DNA of 64,000 nt. It comes from Octopus vulgaris. Lineage: Eukaryota. The stretch lies in the NCBI GenBank assembly GCA_951406725.2, contig OX597837.1:45446001-45510000 (forward strand), written 5' to 3'. The notes beneath the pieces are model-generated. The model was given only the letters and a program-made list of their open reading frames with translations. It searched no databases and was not told where the DNA came from. Below, piece by piece: positions 12,419 to 25,981 of this stretch (the first letter of the stretch is position 1; every line of letters begins with the position of its first letter). The position numbers and the translations under genes were made by a program.

Positions 12419-12568
12419 TTATATGTATATATATGTTTGTGTATATGTATGTATGTATGTATATATATAAATATAGATATATGTATAGAGAAAAAGAGTG
12501 AGTGAGGAACAGTGAGATACATATATATATATATATACATATCATATATATATATTAATATATATGTA

Positions 12569-12984
12569 GTTCCCGGGTTGATTCGGGGTTAACCACAGTA
12601 AGTAAGGTACTCAATACATAGCAGAGTAAAATTAATTTATTATATAGAAGGAGCTTCTACAGGACTAGTACTGTTTCATTCAAGAGAAATCTTCAGGAAG
12701 CTATTTAACAAGAATTGTATTAGCATTTATACATTTAGAGGAGTGGTGGTGGGGGACTTTTTGGGGGTAGGCATAGCGCAAAATATCATACTTGGGGGAG
12801 TGGTCAAGGTAATAAAAAAATAAAAAAATAAATAAAAAATAAAAAAATAAAAAGATAAAATAAAAGAATAAAAATAAAAAATATAAAAAATATAAAAAAT
12901 ATAAAAAATATAAAAAATATAAAAAATATATATAAAAAAATATATAAAAAAATATATATATATAAAAAATATATATATAAAAAT
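12569..12984 (-). mobile_element. PLE pseudo-LTR-like element, left arm of a long inverted repeat
   Basis: 12634-12984 is a near-exact reverse complement of 15243-15605; carries an HHR followed by AATAAA on the minus strand. Confidence 0.8.
12652..12702 (-). ncRNA. Type-I hammerhead ribozyme
   Basis: Reverse complement agcttc-CTGAAGA-tttc(tctt)gaat-GAAAC-AGtactagtcCT-GTA-gaagct. Confidence 0.8.
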
Positions 12985-13335
12985 GTGTATATGTGTATAT
13001 GTGTTTGTATGTATATGTGTATATATGTATATGCATATGTATGTGTAAATGTATGTGCTTATGTATGTGTATGTATGTATAAAATATTATATAATTAGGG
13101 CTTAGGAAAATAAAATAAATTACTTTGCCACATACTAAACTTTCTAGAAATAGCAGCCAATAAAGTTTTTTAGCCTCTTCCACTACTTAGAGAATTTTTT
13201 TCCCTCTAACATTGTTTACTCAAAATAATAATGGTCCCTTTACATACTGAACACTTGATGAAATTGATTAATAACTAATTAACTTTACCCCCCCTTGTTG
13301 ATATATATATACATATGTATATGTGTACATGTATG

Positions 13336-13374
<39 letters not shown>

Positions 13375-13658
13375 ATGTGTGTATGTATGTATTTGTATAT
13401 GTGTGTGTGTATATGTATGTGTGCGCGTGTGTGTGTATGTTTGTGTATGTATACTTGTATATGTATATGCATGAATGTATATATATGTGTGTGTATATGT
13501 GTATTCATGTATGTATTTATATAGATATGTAGTTTGTATATATATATATATGTATGTATATGCATCTGTCTGTGTGTGTGTATGTGTATATATGCGTATC
13601 ATTTTTGCGTATGTATACATGTATATGTGTATATGTATGTGTGTGTGTGTGTGTATGT

Positions 13659-13689
<31 letters not shown>

Positions 13690-13702
13690 TATATATATGT
13701 AT

Positions 13703-13734
<32 letters not shown>

Positions 13735-14002
13735 ATGTACATGTATATATGTATGTGTGTATATGTATATATGTCTATATATGTGAGTATGTAGTAATAT
13801 AAGTATATGCATGTGTATGTATGGGTATGTGTATCAGTGTATATGTATATATGTATGTGTGTGTGTATGTATATGTATGTATATGTGTATATATGTATGC
13901 GTATATGTGTTATATATATATATATGTATATATATATATGTGTATATGTGTGTGTACGTATGTGTATGTGTATGTATGTGTATATATGTCTATGTATGTA
14001 TA

Positions 14003-14064
<62 letters not shown>

Positions 14065-14343
14065 TGCGTGTGTGTATGTATGCATATATGTATGTATGCA
14101 TGTATATGTGTATGTATATATATGTGTGTAAGTGTGTGCATATATGTATTTGTAAGTATGTGTGCGCGTATGAGTATGTATGTATGCTTGCACACGTGTA
14201 TATATATATGTGTGTGTGTGTATTTATATGGATGCGCGTGCGTGTGTGCACGTGTATGGGTACGCATGTATATGTGTATGTGCGTGTATGCGTATACGTG
14301 TATGTATGTATGTGTGTGCGTAGATTTGTATATGTATGTGTGA

Positions 14344-14380
<37 letters not shown>

Positions 14381-14584
14381 TATAGATGGGTGTGTGTATG
14401 CGTATAAATGCATGTAAGTATGGATGTATAGATGTATGTATGTATGTATACGTATGTATGTGTGTATGTGTGTATGTATATATATGTGTGTGTATATATG
14501 TTTGTGTATGTATATATATGTGTATGTATGTGTGTGTGTATGTGTGTATGTGTATGTATGTGTATATATGTATATATATGTGTA

Positions 14585-14624
<40 letters not shown>

Positions 14625-14676
14625 TATGTATCTGTATGTAGGAGTATATATGTGTGTGTGTGTATGTATATGCGGG

Positions 14677-14707
<31 letters not shown>

Positions 14708-15085
14708 TGGTGTATATGTATAGACTAGCCTCCTAAAGTGTAGACACGAATCTGTAGGTACGAGTACGTATGTGTATATACGTGAACGTATGTAGATGTT
14801 TGTATGTATGAATATAACGCGTGCGTACGTGTATGTGTATGAGTGTACGAATGGGTGAATGTACGTGCTAATGAGTGTGCGTGCGGGAATGAGTACTTGC
14901 CTTCTAGTAGACAGACAAATGGACAAGCAGCTATTGCCAGGATTCTTAGCCTTAGCGATCAAAGATAACAAAAGTAATAAATGAAGATAATAAAATTAAA
15001 ATTAGGGAATGGGCCTGTATTGGATTGTATATATATATATGTATATGTATATTTGTATGTATGTATGTGTGTATGTGTAGGTATG

Positions 15086-15144
<59 letters not shown>

Positions 15145-15242
15145 AGATATATGTGTATGTGCGTATGTGTGTGTAGATACGTATACATGTGTGTATAGGT
15201 ATAAGTGAGAATCTCCTTATTTACCTATAACTCTATCCCCCC

Positions 15243-15605
15243 TTTTTTATATATATATTTTTTTATATATATATTTTTTATATATATATATTTTTTTATA
15301 TATTTTTTTATATATATTTTTTATATTTTTTATATTTTTTATATTTTTTATATTTTTTATATTTTTTATTTTTATTCTTTTATTTTATCTTTTTTTTTTT
15401 TTTTTTATTTATTTTTTTATTTTTTTATTACCTTGACCACTCCCCCAAGTATGATATTTTGCGCTATGCCTACCCCCAAAAAGTCCCCCACCACCACTCC
15501 TCTAAATGTATAAATGCTAATACAATTCTTGTTAAATAGCTTCCTGAAGATTTCTCTTGAATGAAACAGTACTAGTCCTGTAGAAGCTCCTTCTATATAA
15601 TAAAT
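15243..15605 (+). mobile_element. PLE pseudo-LTR-like element, right arm of a long inverted repeat
   Basis: Inverted copy of 12634-12984; ends just after AATAAA in a TA tract. Confidence 0.8.
15538..15588 (+). ncRNA. Type-I hammerhead ribozyme
   Basis: 6-bp helix I agcttc/gaagct, CTGAAGA 15544-50, GAAAC 15563-67, near-palindromic helix III cagtactagtcctg, GTA cleavage triplet 15580-82. Confidence 0.8.
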
Positions 15606-15718
15606 ATATTAATATATATATACATGCATATATATATATATGTGTGTGTGTGTGTGCTTGTGTATGTATACATATGTTTGTGTGTGTGTGTGTGTGCACA
15701 CACATAATATATGTATGT

Positions 15719-15790
<72 letters not shown>

Positions 15791-16082
15791 CTGTATATAT
15801 ATATATACACACACACACACACATATATATATATACAGCCACAAACACAGTCACAGAAACAAGTGTATAAAATAATGTTATTTTAGAGCAAGTCTTAAGA
15901 TAACGACACGTGTATGTGTGCGCGCGCACGAGCGTATTATTGACCGCACATAATGTATGTGCTTTGCTTGTTCGCCGATTTGCTGCGCCCTAGCGTCTAG
16001 GAGACGACTCCCTCACTACGCTGAGTGTTCATGTTTACAACACTTGCAATGCTTCTAATTTGTTAGTGATACACACACACAT

Positions 16083-16127
<45 letters not shown>

Positions 16128-16373
16128 CACGCGCGCTCGCACACACATATATAAACGTAAGTAACTCTTGCTGTGTATAACAAAATATCATTTCTGCTTT
16201 GTTGTATTTGTGTGTTGTATGTATTGATTGCGATTGATGAAAATTGGTTTTGTAAATAAATTGGCGATGGAAGGAAATACATCTTTATATGGATGGATGG
16301 ATGGGTGGTCGGATGGTTGGATGTGTACAGGAATGTACACTTGTGTCTATGTGTGTGTGTGTGAGTAACGCAC

Positions 16374-16700
16374 TGTATGTATTCATCCTTGAAGTGAGTA
16401 GGTCTTAATTGTTCTTGTAAGGATAACGATACTCTTTCGGACAGAACTGTCGCTGGCATTTCTAATTCTCTTTTACACACACTTCGGAAAGAAGTCATTT
16501 GATTCCATTTCTTAAGATTCTTAAGATGTGCTGCTTTGATTTCGCTTAACGCCGAATTGACAAAGTCGCTTAGAACATAGAAAACAACATCTTGTGGCGT
16601 TGGTGATGACTCTCCACTCTCAGTTCTTTCGGAGACGGTAACTGAAGTGTCAGTCCACGCCGATGGACTAACGGAACCCCAAGACTTTTTAACGTTATCT
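16374..16700 (-). CDS. Candidate internal coding exon (327 nt, phase 2-2) of an unidentified gene
   Basis: Stop-free, non-repetitive frame DNVKKSWGSVSPSAWTDTSVTVSERTESGESSPTPQDVVFYVLSDFVNSALSEIKAAHLKNLKKWNQMTSFRSVCKRELEMPATVLSERVSLSLQEQLRPTHFKDEYI; acceptor ctaat...ttctatAG|, donor CA|GTGCGT; length divisible by 3. Confidence 0.5.
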
Positions 16701-17409
16701 CTATAGAATTTCCACAGAAATTAGAGCCACCACTGAAAGTTATGGCGTTTCATATACGAATACGTCTACGTAAACAATGCGATCGAAGATAGAAAAGTAG
16801 GTAACGACTGTATATGCATATTTCAGATTTTTTTCTCCTCTTCAGCACCACATCCCGCCCATTAACCAACCACGAACACATTGCTTAGATAGAGGCTGAA
16901 TTTAGTGGCTTAGTCGTATATGATGGTTGCATAACGGAATACGTTTTTTCCTGCCATCAATTCATATGAACTGCAAGAATATCAGATATGAAGCTTTGAG
17001 GTTATGGGCTCTGGCAGATCATTGCCTTCTGAATTCGTAGGTGCTAGATTTATTCATTTGCCCAATCTTACATGAACACATGGTCTCTGAGGAGCCTTTA
17101 GCATCCAAGACTGTGTTTGTGTTTGTACCCCGCCACCCTTTGACAACCGCTGATGGGTTGTTTTCGTTGGCAAAAAAGACCGATAGAATAAGTACAAGAC
17201 TTGAAGTCAAAGATAAATACTGGGGTTGACTTTTCTGTATGAAACTATTTCAGGTGGTGCTCCAGCATGGCCGCAGTGCAATGGTTGAAAGATGGTAAGC
17301 GAAAGGAGATTACTATGAACACAGCAAACGTATGCGAGTTTAGATATTAGCTTCAATATTCTTTTTAAAATGGTAAGTTTTGTGGGAGATTTGGTTGAGA
17401 TTTCTGTCA

Positions 17410-18443
17410 GGTCAAAGCTCTCTCTCTCTCTCCCTTCCTCTCTCCCTTCCTCTCTCTCTATTTATCTATCTATCTCTTTCTCTCAGTTGATGTCTTTCTC
17501 CTTATTCCTCTTTCCTTCTCTCTTCCTCTGTCTCTCTCACTCTTCTTTCCACTCTTTCTTTCTCTCAGAAGCTCTCTTTCCCGCTCTCTCTCTCTCTCTC
17601 TCTCTCTCCCACTCTCCCACTCCCCTCACTCTCATTGTCTGTTTCTTTCGTCCTCCCTCTCTTACTTCCTCTCTCTGTCTTTCTGTCACTCACTCTCTCT
17701 CTCTCATTCTCACACTTCTCTCACCCTCTTTCACTTTCACTCTTTCTCTCGCATACTTTTTCATCCTTTCTCTCTCTGTCTCAGTTTTTCTCTCACACTC
17801 TCTCTTTCTTCTGCTTCACGCTCACTCTTTCTCTCTGCCTCTCTCTCTCTTTGCCTCTCTCTGCCTCTCTCTCTCTCTCTCTCTCTGCTTCTCTCTCTGC
17901 CTCTCTCTCTGCTTCTCTCTCTGCCTCTCTCTCTCTGCTTCTCTCTCTGCCTCTCTCTCTATCTGCCTCTCTTTCTCTCTCTGCCTCTCTCTCTCTCTCT
18001 GCTTCTCTCTCTGCCGCTCTCTCCCTGCCTCTCTCTCTCTTTGCCTCTCTCTGCCTCTCTCTCTCTCTCTCTGCTCTCTCTCTCTCTCTCTGCTTCTCTC
18101 TCTGCCTCTCTCTCTGCTTCTCTCTCTGCCTCTCTCTCTCTGCTTCTCTCTCTGCCTCTCTCTGCTTCTCTCTCTACCTCTCTCTCTCATTCTCTCTCTC
18201 TGCCGCTGTCTCTCTCTCTGCTTCTCTCTCTGCATCTCTCTCTGCTTCTCACTCTTCCTCTTTCTCTCTGCTTCTCTCTCTGCCTCTCTCTCTCTCTCTC
18301 TGTGCCTCTCTCTCTGCCTCACTCTCTCTGCTTCTCTCTCTGCCTCTCTCTCTCTCTGCCTCTCTTTCTCTCTCTGCCTCTCTCTCTCTGTTTCTCTCTC
18401 TGCCTTTCTCTGTTTCTCTCTCTACCTCTCTCTCTCTCTCTGC

Positions 18444-18511
<68 letters not shown>

Positions 18512-18520
18512 CTCTCTGTC
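17410..18520 (+). repeat. Long (CT)n-derived polypyrimidine tract with GCC/GCTT interruptions
   Basis: Direct reading; source of the SLSL/RERE ORFs. Confidence 0.95.
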
Positions 18521-19264
18521 TGCCTCATTGTACATATAAATGTGTGTCAAGGACTCGTGTGGTGAGTATGAGGATGTGGTGTGTTGTGTTCCGAATGGAT
18601 GTAGAACAGGAAATTGTTGAATCAACAAGTGAGTGGATGCCAATTAAACACACCTGCATGAGACAATATTTAACACCTTCGTAAAAGAAGGAGCACAGGT
18701 GAGTCTGGGAGTCTGGGAGTGGCGGAGTGGCCTCAGGAAAAACAACAACAATGACAAAAACGCCATCAAAAGCTTCATGTGTGTGCATATGTGTCGACAT
18801 AGGTCTGTATTTGCATATATGTGTCTGTGTGTGTCTGCGTATGTGTAAGTATATGTGTGTGTATGTATATAGGTATATATATGTGTGTATATGTCTGTGT
18901 ATGTTTGTATGGGTGAGGGTGTGTATGTGTGTGTATGTGTGTATGGATGCGTGGGGTATAAACTTATGTGTGCGTGTGTGTGCGTATGTATATGTGTATA
19001 GGTATGTAGAGTGTATGTAGATGATGTAATACATACGTGCACGGTGGGTAACTGTCTGTGCGTGTGTATGTGTGTGTGTCTGTGTGTGTGTGAAACTAAA
19101 GGTGAAAATTATTTGCTCTCACTGAAGGTAAATATGCGCTACCTGAGACCATTGTCTCGTTGTGGACATTAAATCACATGAGAGTCCCTTGTGGACCCTC
19201 AGCAAGATTTCTCATTGCATGATGTGTACAGAGACAGCCACTGAAAAGGAGCCCATACAGAGTA

Positions 19265-19302
<38 letters not shown>

Positions 19303-19329
19303 CATATATATATATACACACACACACAC

Positions 19330-19407
<78 letters not shown>

Positions 19408-19489
19408 TACATACACACACACACACACACACGGAGTTTGCTTCTTACAGGATCTCTAACATACAGAGTAGTGTATATACGGTTGCGTG

Positions 19490-19563
<74 letters not shown>

Positions 19564-19569
19564 CATACA

Positions 19570-19912
19570 TATGCTAGAAATAGGCCTCCTATGGTCTTAC
19601 CACTGAGAAAAGAATGTTCTCAAGAAAATTTTAGCAAACGCCTGAACGTAGGCGAGCAAGACAAATGAAATGAAATAAAATATAGATTGATCACAAGCTA
19701 GTTTCGATATTACCACTTACGTAATTGTCCGTAGCTCGTCAGTGTGATCGTCTTCGTAAATATAATTTGCAGAACTATACACTAGCTTGTGATTAATCTA
19801 TATTATGTTTCTCTTCATTTGTCTTACTTGCTTACATTCTGACGTTTGCTAAATTTTCTTGAGAATATTCCTTTCTTAGTTGTAAGACCATAGCCGATCT
19901 ACTTCTAGCATA
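19570..19912. mobile_element. Fold-back element (~132-bp arms) with an HHR spanning arm and spacer
   Basis: Arms 19570-19702 and 19781-19912 are diverged reverse complements; left end abuts (TA)n. Confidence 0.8.
19689..19749 (-). ncRNA. Hammerhead ribozyme with variant cleavage triplet
   Basis: Reverse complement gatcaca-CTGACGA-g...c-GAAAC-TA-GCT-tgtgatc; 7-bp helix I; U16.1 position is C. Confidence 0.7.
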
Positions 19913-20457
19913 ATGGATGTCTACGTAGTGGTGATCCCACTTATATGTATGTAATATAGTTTTTCTGTATCTTTAGATTTTAATATGCTAGACTACTGGT
20001 TTTAAATTGATATTAATCAAATTAATATTCAATTTTTCACCCTTATTATTTTAAATTTATATATATTATATATATATATTATATATCATACTATGTAGTC
20101 GATAAAATCAAAAACAAACCATGTGCGCGCGCGAAATTAAAAAATATAACAAGGTGACAATTTACCCATCGCAGCCTCTATGTGTGTGTGTGTATCTTCA
20201 GGATTGAATATAAAGAAGACAACAAACAGAAAATACGACATATATATATAATAATTCAAAACAAGGTTTTGGTATCCCGAAGATCCAAAAGACAGATAAG
20301 GCTATGTAAATGCTACGGAAGGACAGTTGTTAGATTCCCGGTTCGATAATAGTGTGAGGAATCTAACGTGGGTCATGTGTGAGCGTGTATGTATGTTAAA
20401 TAAAATAAGACAACAAAGCCAAGGCAGTGTGAAATTTCTAGGACATTTTATAAGGTA

Positions 20458-20505
20458 ACCTTACAGCTGTTTCAGGGATATAAAAGACATCCCATCATCG
20501 AAGAC
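20458..20505 (-). ncRNA. Hammerhead ribozyme, slightly degenerate
   Basis: Reverse complement gtct-TCGATGA-tgggat(gtcttttat)atccct-GAAAC-AGCT-GTA-aggt. Confidence 0.65.
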
Positions 20506-21336
20506 GAAATGAGAGAGTTAAATAGAAAGAAATAGTAGAATTCAATATAAGAAGTTATTTTGGAAAGCGAGAGATATTTTGGAAAGCGAGGACGTATATA
20601 AAGGGATATATAAGAATAAGAATAAAAAGAGAAAATAGAAATATATTTTGGTAGGTTCACTCATATATACACACGTATTCTATAATAAAATATAGTTGTA
20701 CTGAGAAACTGTTTTGTGTGTATGTGTGTATTTATGAGTGCGTTTCTGTGTATATGTGAATATATTATATGCGTGTGTGTGTTTATGTATTTGTGTGTAT
20801 ATCACGCGCACACAGTCACACGCAAAACATTTTGTGTATATACAACTATTGAACTATTATAAATCATTGATTAGATGGTGTGTATAAGTGTATATGAGTG
20901 CGTGCTTGTATGTGTGCGCGTGTGCGTGCGTTTACGCACATGTGTGTGCGTGTGCGTTCGTGTATGTTTGTGCGTTTACGCACGTGCATGTGGTGTATGT
21001 GTGTGTATGTAAAGGTGTACACACGTGTGTTGTGAGTCTGTTAATTTCTCGAGGCGAATATGCAGGGATATATTAATATACATGCATAACAATCTATATA
21101 TACATATGTGTGTGTGTGTGTGTAGTATATACATGGACATATATAGGTATATTTACACACACATAACTAATATTTATTATTGAAAGCTAGGTTATGTGTG
21201 TGCGTGGATATAAATCTCTGTGTGTGTGTGTGTGTGTAAGTGTACGAGTACACTGTATAATGTATATACGCGCATATATAGATGTATATATATCTATGTG
21301 CGTATAGAATACATGTGTGTGTATATACGTATGTAT

Positions 21337-21440
21337 CCAATCACGTCGATGAGATTGATTGCCAAAAGAGGGCGCTGGAGGCAAAAATCAATCTTAAATT
21401 ACATATTTCATCATCGAACTGCCAATACGTGTCCAATCAC
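21337..21440. promoter_or_regulatory. CCAAT-box cluster with a CTCF-like site
   Basis: CCAAT at 21337, 21422 and 21433; CCAAAAGAGGGCGCTG at 21362-77 resembles the CTCF core. Confidence 0.3.
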
Positions 21441-21734
21441 AACTAGATATTTCCCTCGTTGCTCACACTTCATCGGTAGAAGGTTTGGAGGGGGGCTGTC
21501 TGAGGAACGGGGGGTAGGAATCATAAATACTTCAATAAACAGAACGTATATTAAGTGAACGTCAACAGGATAAACCAAAAGATGGGGTATTGATGAGTGA
21601 GTGGTGTGTGGAGTGGTCACGGCTGGACACTCCTTCATTTATATATACATAAATTTATTAGAAATTATTATCATGTTCATATATACTTAACCCATTGGGC
21701 TGTTGGAAAAGAAAAATCCCTAACATCGTTCTAA

Positions 21735-21946
21735 AACAAGTAACCTTAGATATCAAGAACCCTATTATCGGGTTACAACAAGTAACCTTAGATGCCAAAA
21801 ACCCTCCTAAGTATCCTAGCTGTCCCTAATAACACTGTTTTCTGGAGCTGCACTAAACTGGGTTTTATGCCAACTTCCCCTGTCCGTCTGTTCAGATCTT
21901 TAGGGATTGTTCCCAATGCACCTATAACTACTGGGATACATTTTAC
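21735..21946 (-). mobile_element. 3' end of an RLE-type (R4/Dong-like) non-LTR retrotransposon
   Basis: VKCIPVVIGALGTIPKDLNRRTGEVGIKPSLVQLQKTVLLGTARILRRVFGI* (stop 21788-90), typical RLE C-terminus; 3' UTR motif duplicated. Confidence 0.85.
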
Positions 21947-22127
21947 CCGTATGTATATATATATATGTGTGTGTGTGTGTATGTGTGTGTGTGTGTGTGT
22001 GTGTGTCAGTTTGTCTGTAAGGGAAAATATCTCGCAACTTCAGCGAAAATCTTTTTTTTCTTTCGCTTTAAGCATCTCAACGGAGAGTACGCTGATCGCT
22101 GAACCTGTACTAAATTATTGCTTAGAG

Positions 22128-22480
22128 CAACGGTTCTCAACTGGGGCCCTCGTGGTCCCTGAGGGCCCCATATAAGATTTTGGGGGAGTCCACGTTAGAA
22201 AATAGCAAATTGAGGATCTCTACTAGTATTTTAAGGGCCCCTGAAAAAATTTTGCAGTAGGTTTATGTATTGGTATGAATTGCAAGAAACAGCAAGATTT
22301 CTTTCTCTAACATTTTACATAGTTCAACCTACACAAGTTAATGTGTGAATAACAAAATAAGAATCTTGAAAGAAGTTTCTATAAAACTACTTCTTAAACA
22401 TCGAATAGCTGTGGGGTTTCAGCAGAATAAAATAATAATTAAAGGGTTCCAAAGGTAAAAACAATGGTTGAGAATCCCTT
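22128..22480. mobile_element. hAT/Charlie-type MITE
   Basis: Ends CAACGGTTCTCAAC...GTTGAGAATCCCTT; degenerate 8-bp TSD gcttagag/gtttgggg. Confidence 0.75.
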
Positions 22481-23249
22481 GTTTGGGGCAGTAATCTAAT
22501 GAGATATAATAATAGCTAAAATTAAAAACAAAAAAGGCTATAAAGTATAAAATCGTATCACAGATATTAAAATAAATAAATACGTATATTAAATATACAT
22601 AATCCGGACACAAGTTGGTGTTTCTAGCTGCTCGCAGCAGTGAAATAATTAGCAGCGTGAAGCTTTCGTGAGTGAATAGCAAAGAGGCAGAAAATTACTG
22701 CTTATGTATAATACAAAGCCAGTAGAATATGGTGAATAAGGAAGGTAAGTAGCAGAAGGAGACCGAAATATCGAGAATCCTGGCATCACATCAGTTAGTT
22801 TACGTCTGTGATTGCCCTTTTTTTTTGTTTTGTTTTTTTGGAAAGTTGATTTTTGCAGACCAAAGATCTTAGAATTCTCGATATTTTTGTCTCCCTCCGT
22901 TGCTTATCCATGTTAATCGTTATATTTCAGTAAACCCGTTTGTTCTATATATAAATGTGTGCATGCACGTATGCATGTATGTATTATGCATGCATGCATG
23001 CATGTATGTATGTACGTATCTATGTATGTATGTATCTATGTATGTATGTATGCATGTATGTATGTATGTATGCATGCATACATGTATGTATGTATGTATG
23101 TATGTATGTATGTATGTATTATGCATGTATGTATGTATGTATGTATGTATGTATGTATGTATGTATGCATGTATGTATGTATTTATGTATGTATGCGTGT
23201 ATGTATGTATGTATGTATATTTATGCATGTATATATGTATGTGTGTATG

Positions 23250-23282
<33 letters not shown>

Positions 23283-23484
23283 GTGTATGTGTGTGTGTGT
23301 ACGAATTTGCATCCATTGGTACAGACTACTTTAACATATACCAATATAAATATGTACGCATCTGTAAACATAACTATATCTGTATGTATTTCTACGTATA
23401 TATATATGTGTGTGTGTTTATTCATAAGCATCTGTCTAAATGTGCAAACACATAGGCATACATACATACATACATATATATATG

Positions 23485-23547
<63 letters not shown>

Positions 23548-23629
23548 GTATGTATGTATATTTGTATGTATGTATGTATTGTATCATCTGAGCATCAGCA
23601 ACATTCTAACTTGTCTCTTTTTTCTTTGG

Positions 23630-23660
23630 CCCCTGACGAAGGATGTATCCGAAACGTTCG
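23630..23660 (+). ncRNA. Minimal hammerhead motif with extra A after A9
   Basis: CTGACGA-A-ggat(gt)atcc-GAAAC-GTT; helix I poorly paired. Confidence 0.55.
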
Positions 23661-23954
23661 ATATTCCACTCTTTGCGGCAAATTCACTGTACCCCTTTCA
23701 ATTTTTTTTCAATTCTTGCCGGCGTACAGCTCTCAGATTATTATACCCAACCACTAAATTCTCCGGACTACCTTTCTCACTATGCCTACTCATAACATCT
23801 CAACTCACAGTTGCACCACACTTTTCTTCTTTCTTTTTCCCTCTCTGCTCACTGCTACCATATCGCGTCTAGATATTAACTCGCTGATACAGTCATTTGA
23901 ACTACTCAATACATAAACCAGTCGCCATGCTTGATCTCTAAGCACACAATTTTT

Positions 23955-24090
23955 TTTCTCTGTTTATTTTCTCTTATTCCTTTCTGTTGAAGAGCGTAGG
24001 CTCGAAACGTAAAAGACTTTCTCGCTTTCCCGAGCGCCAAACTAATACACCTTCTTGTTGTTCATACTCTTGTTTTCCTCTAAATTTCAA
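23955..24090 (+). mobile_element. HHR mini-element (CUGUUGA-core family)
   Basis: cttt-CTGTTGA-A-gagc(gtag)gctc-GAAAC-GTA-aaag at 23980-24015; same family as 3750 and 56397. Confidence 0.75.
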
Positions 24091-24141
24091 CAATACATAC
24101 ATATACGTGCATGTATGTGTGTGTGTGTGTTTATGTACATA

Positions 24142-24520
24142 CACGGATTGGACAAAATAATGGAGACAACTTAACATTTCAAATAAATTTATTTCAATAT
24201 GTGTTAGAACCACCTTTGGCAGTAATTACAGCTTCAATTCTACGAGGTATGGACTTGTACAAAGTTTGAATTGTTTCCAAAATAATTTTTTTTTCCATTC
24301 TTCAGCTAAAACAGTCTCCAGTTCTTGTAGTGATGATGGTGGAGGATATCGACTCCTTACTTGTTTTTCTAAAATGAACCATAAATGTTCAAAAATATTG
24401 AAATCTGGGGACTGTGGTGACCAGATAAGATGTTCAACTTCACTAGAATGTTCCTCGTGCCATTCAGTAACAACTTTAGCAGTGTGAATTAGTACATTAT
24501 CATCCTGAAAGATTACGTTT
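24142..24520 (-). mobile_element. Tc1 (DD34E) transposase 3' fragment with terminal repeat
   Basis: FQDDNVLIHTAKVVTEW...WSPQSPDFNIFEHLW...LQELETVLAEEW; TA|CACGGATTGGACAAAATAATGG end. Confidence 0.9.
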
Positions 24521-24984
24521 CTCGGAGAGAAACGTAAGGAAAAACAGATGCTCGGATCATACACGTTGATCCACAAGCAGCCTGGAGCATTTTATATGTT
24601 TGTTTAACGTTCAACACAAAACTTCATTGCATAGCGAGCTGCTAAATTGTCTTTGCGTACCGACTGCTTTCTGACAACTAGTCTGTCGTTACAGTGTTTT
24701 AGTAGGGTGTGTTCAAAGTGCTGTTACAAACGTCTCCATCAGTCTGGAATAATAAAAGTTGGCAGGTCACCTTATTAGATACATAGTAATGATATACTAA
24801 AATTGCAATGACGTAAGACAGTTCTATCTGTCTCTCCTAAAAGAAGTCACAAAACTTCTGGAATGCACATCATATATAATGATCCTAAAAATGTTTTATA
24901 TATACATGTGTGTGTGTGTGTGTGTGTGACTGAGTGCATGTGTGTGTATATAGATATAGATATAGCTATATCACTTACATATAC

Positions 24985-25025
<41 letters not shown>

Positions 25026-25031
<6 letters not shown>

Positions 25032-25268
25032 CACTCGCATGCATATATACACACGTGTGTATTTGTGAAAACTTTGATTGGATATATGTCTATATATATA
25101 GATACATTATATATAAATATATGTGTGTATATATATACACACACACACACAAATATACTTACATATATGTACGTATGTATATAAGAACATACATACGTAT
25201 ATACATATACCTATATATATATATATATATTTATATTATGTACCTATATATATATATGTATTCATATA

Positions 25269-25340
<72 letters not shown>

Positions 25341-25823
25341 CATACAGGTATACATGTATACATATATGTAGGTACACTTAATTGATTCAAGATTACTTTT
25401 ACACTGCAACCAAAGAGGCAGCAGTCATAAATAATAGACAAACACCGTCTTTACTGGCCGAGAGTTGCGTCGGCATCAGAGAGTTTAACTTAGGCAGAAG
25501 TCTATAAAAACTGGTGGGAACCAGATGAAGGGAAGACGATGAAATCGAACGACTGGAAACGTAGACACATATACAAGCACGCATGCGCATGCAATGGTAC
25601 ACTCACACGCAGAGATATAAACTAGTTTCTAGTTTCCGAGACCTTAGAAGGCTTCCAGGGAATCGATACGTGTAAAGCAAATACAAGAGATATTCATGTC
25701 TATATTTATATCTATATCTATCTGTCTGTCTGTCTGTGTATGTGTGTCCACATGTGTGTGTGTGTGTTTGTGTATGTATGTTTATTTATGTATATTATAT
25801 ATATATGTGTGTGTATGTATGTA

Positions 25824-25889
<66 letters not shown>

Positions 25890-25981
25890 GTTATATTTCG
25901 GAATGGTCATATTGCCAGTTTAGCCAATAAATATCAAAGTTTTCACAAATACACACGTGTGTATATATGCATGCGAGTGCA

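Noticed and set aside
17370-18684. 389-aa and 349-aa ORFs
   Set aside because: Almost entirely (CT)n-derived
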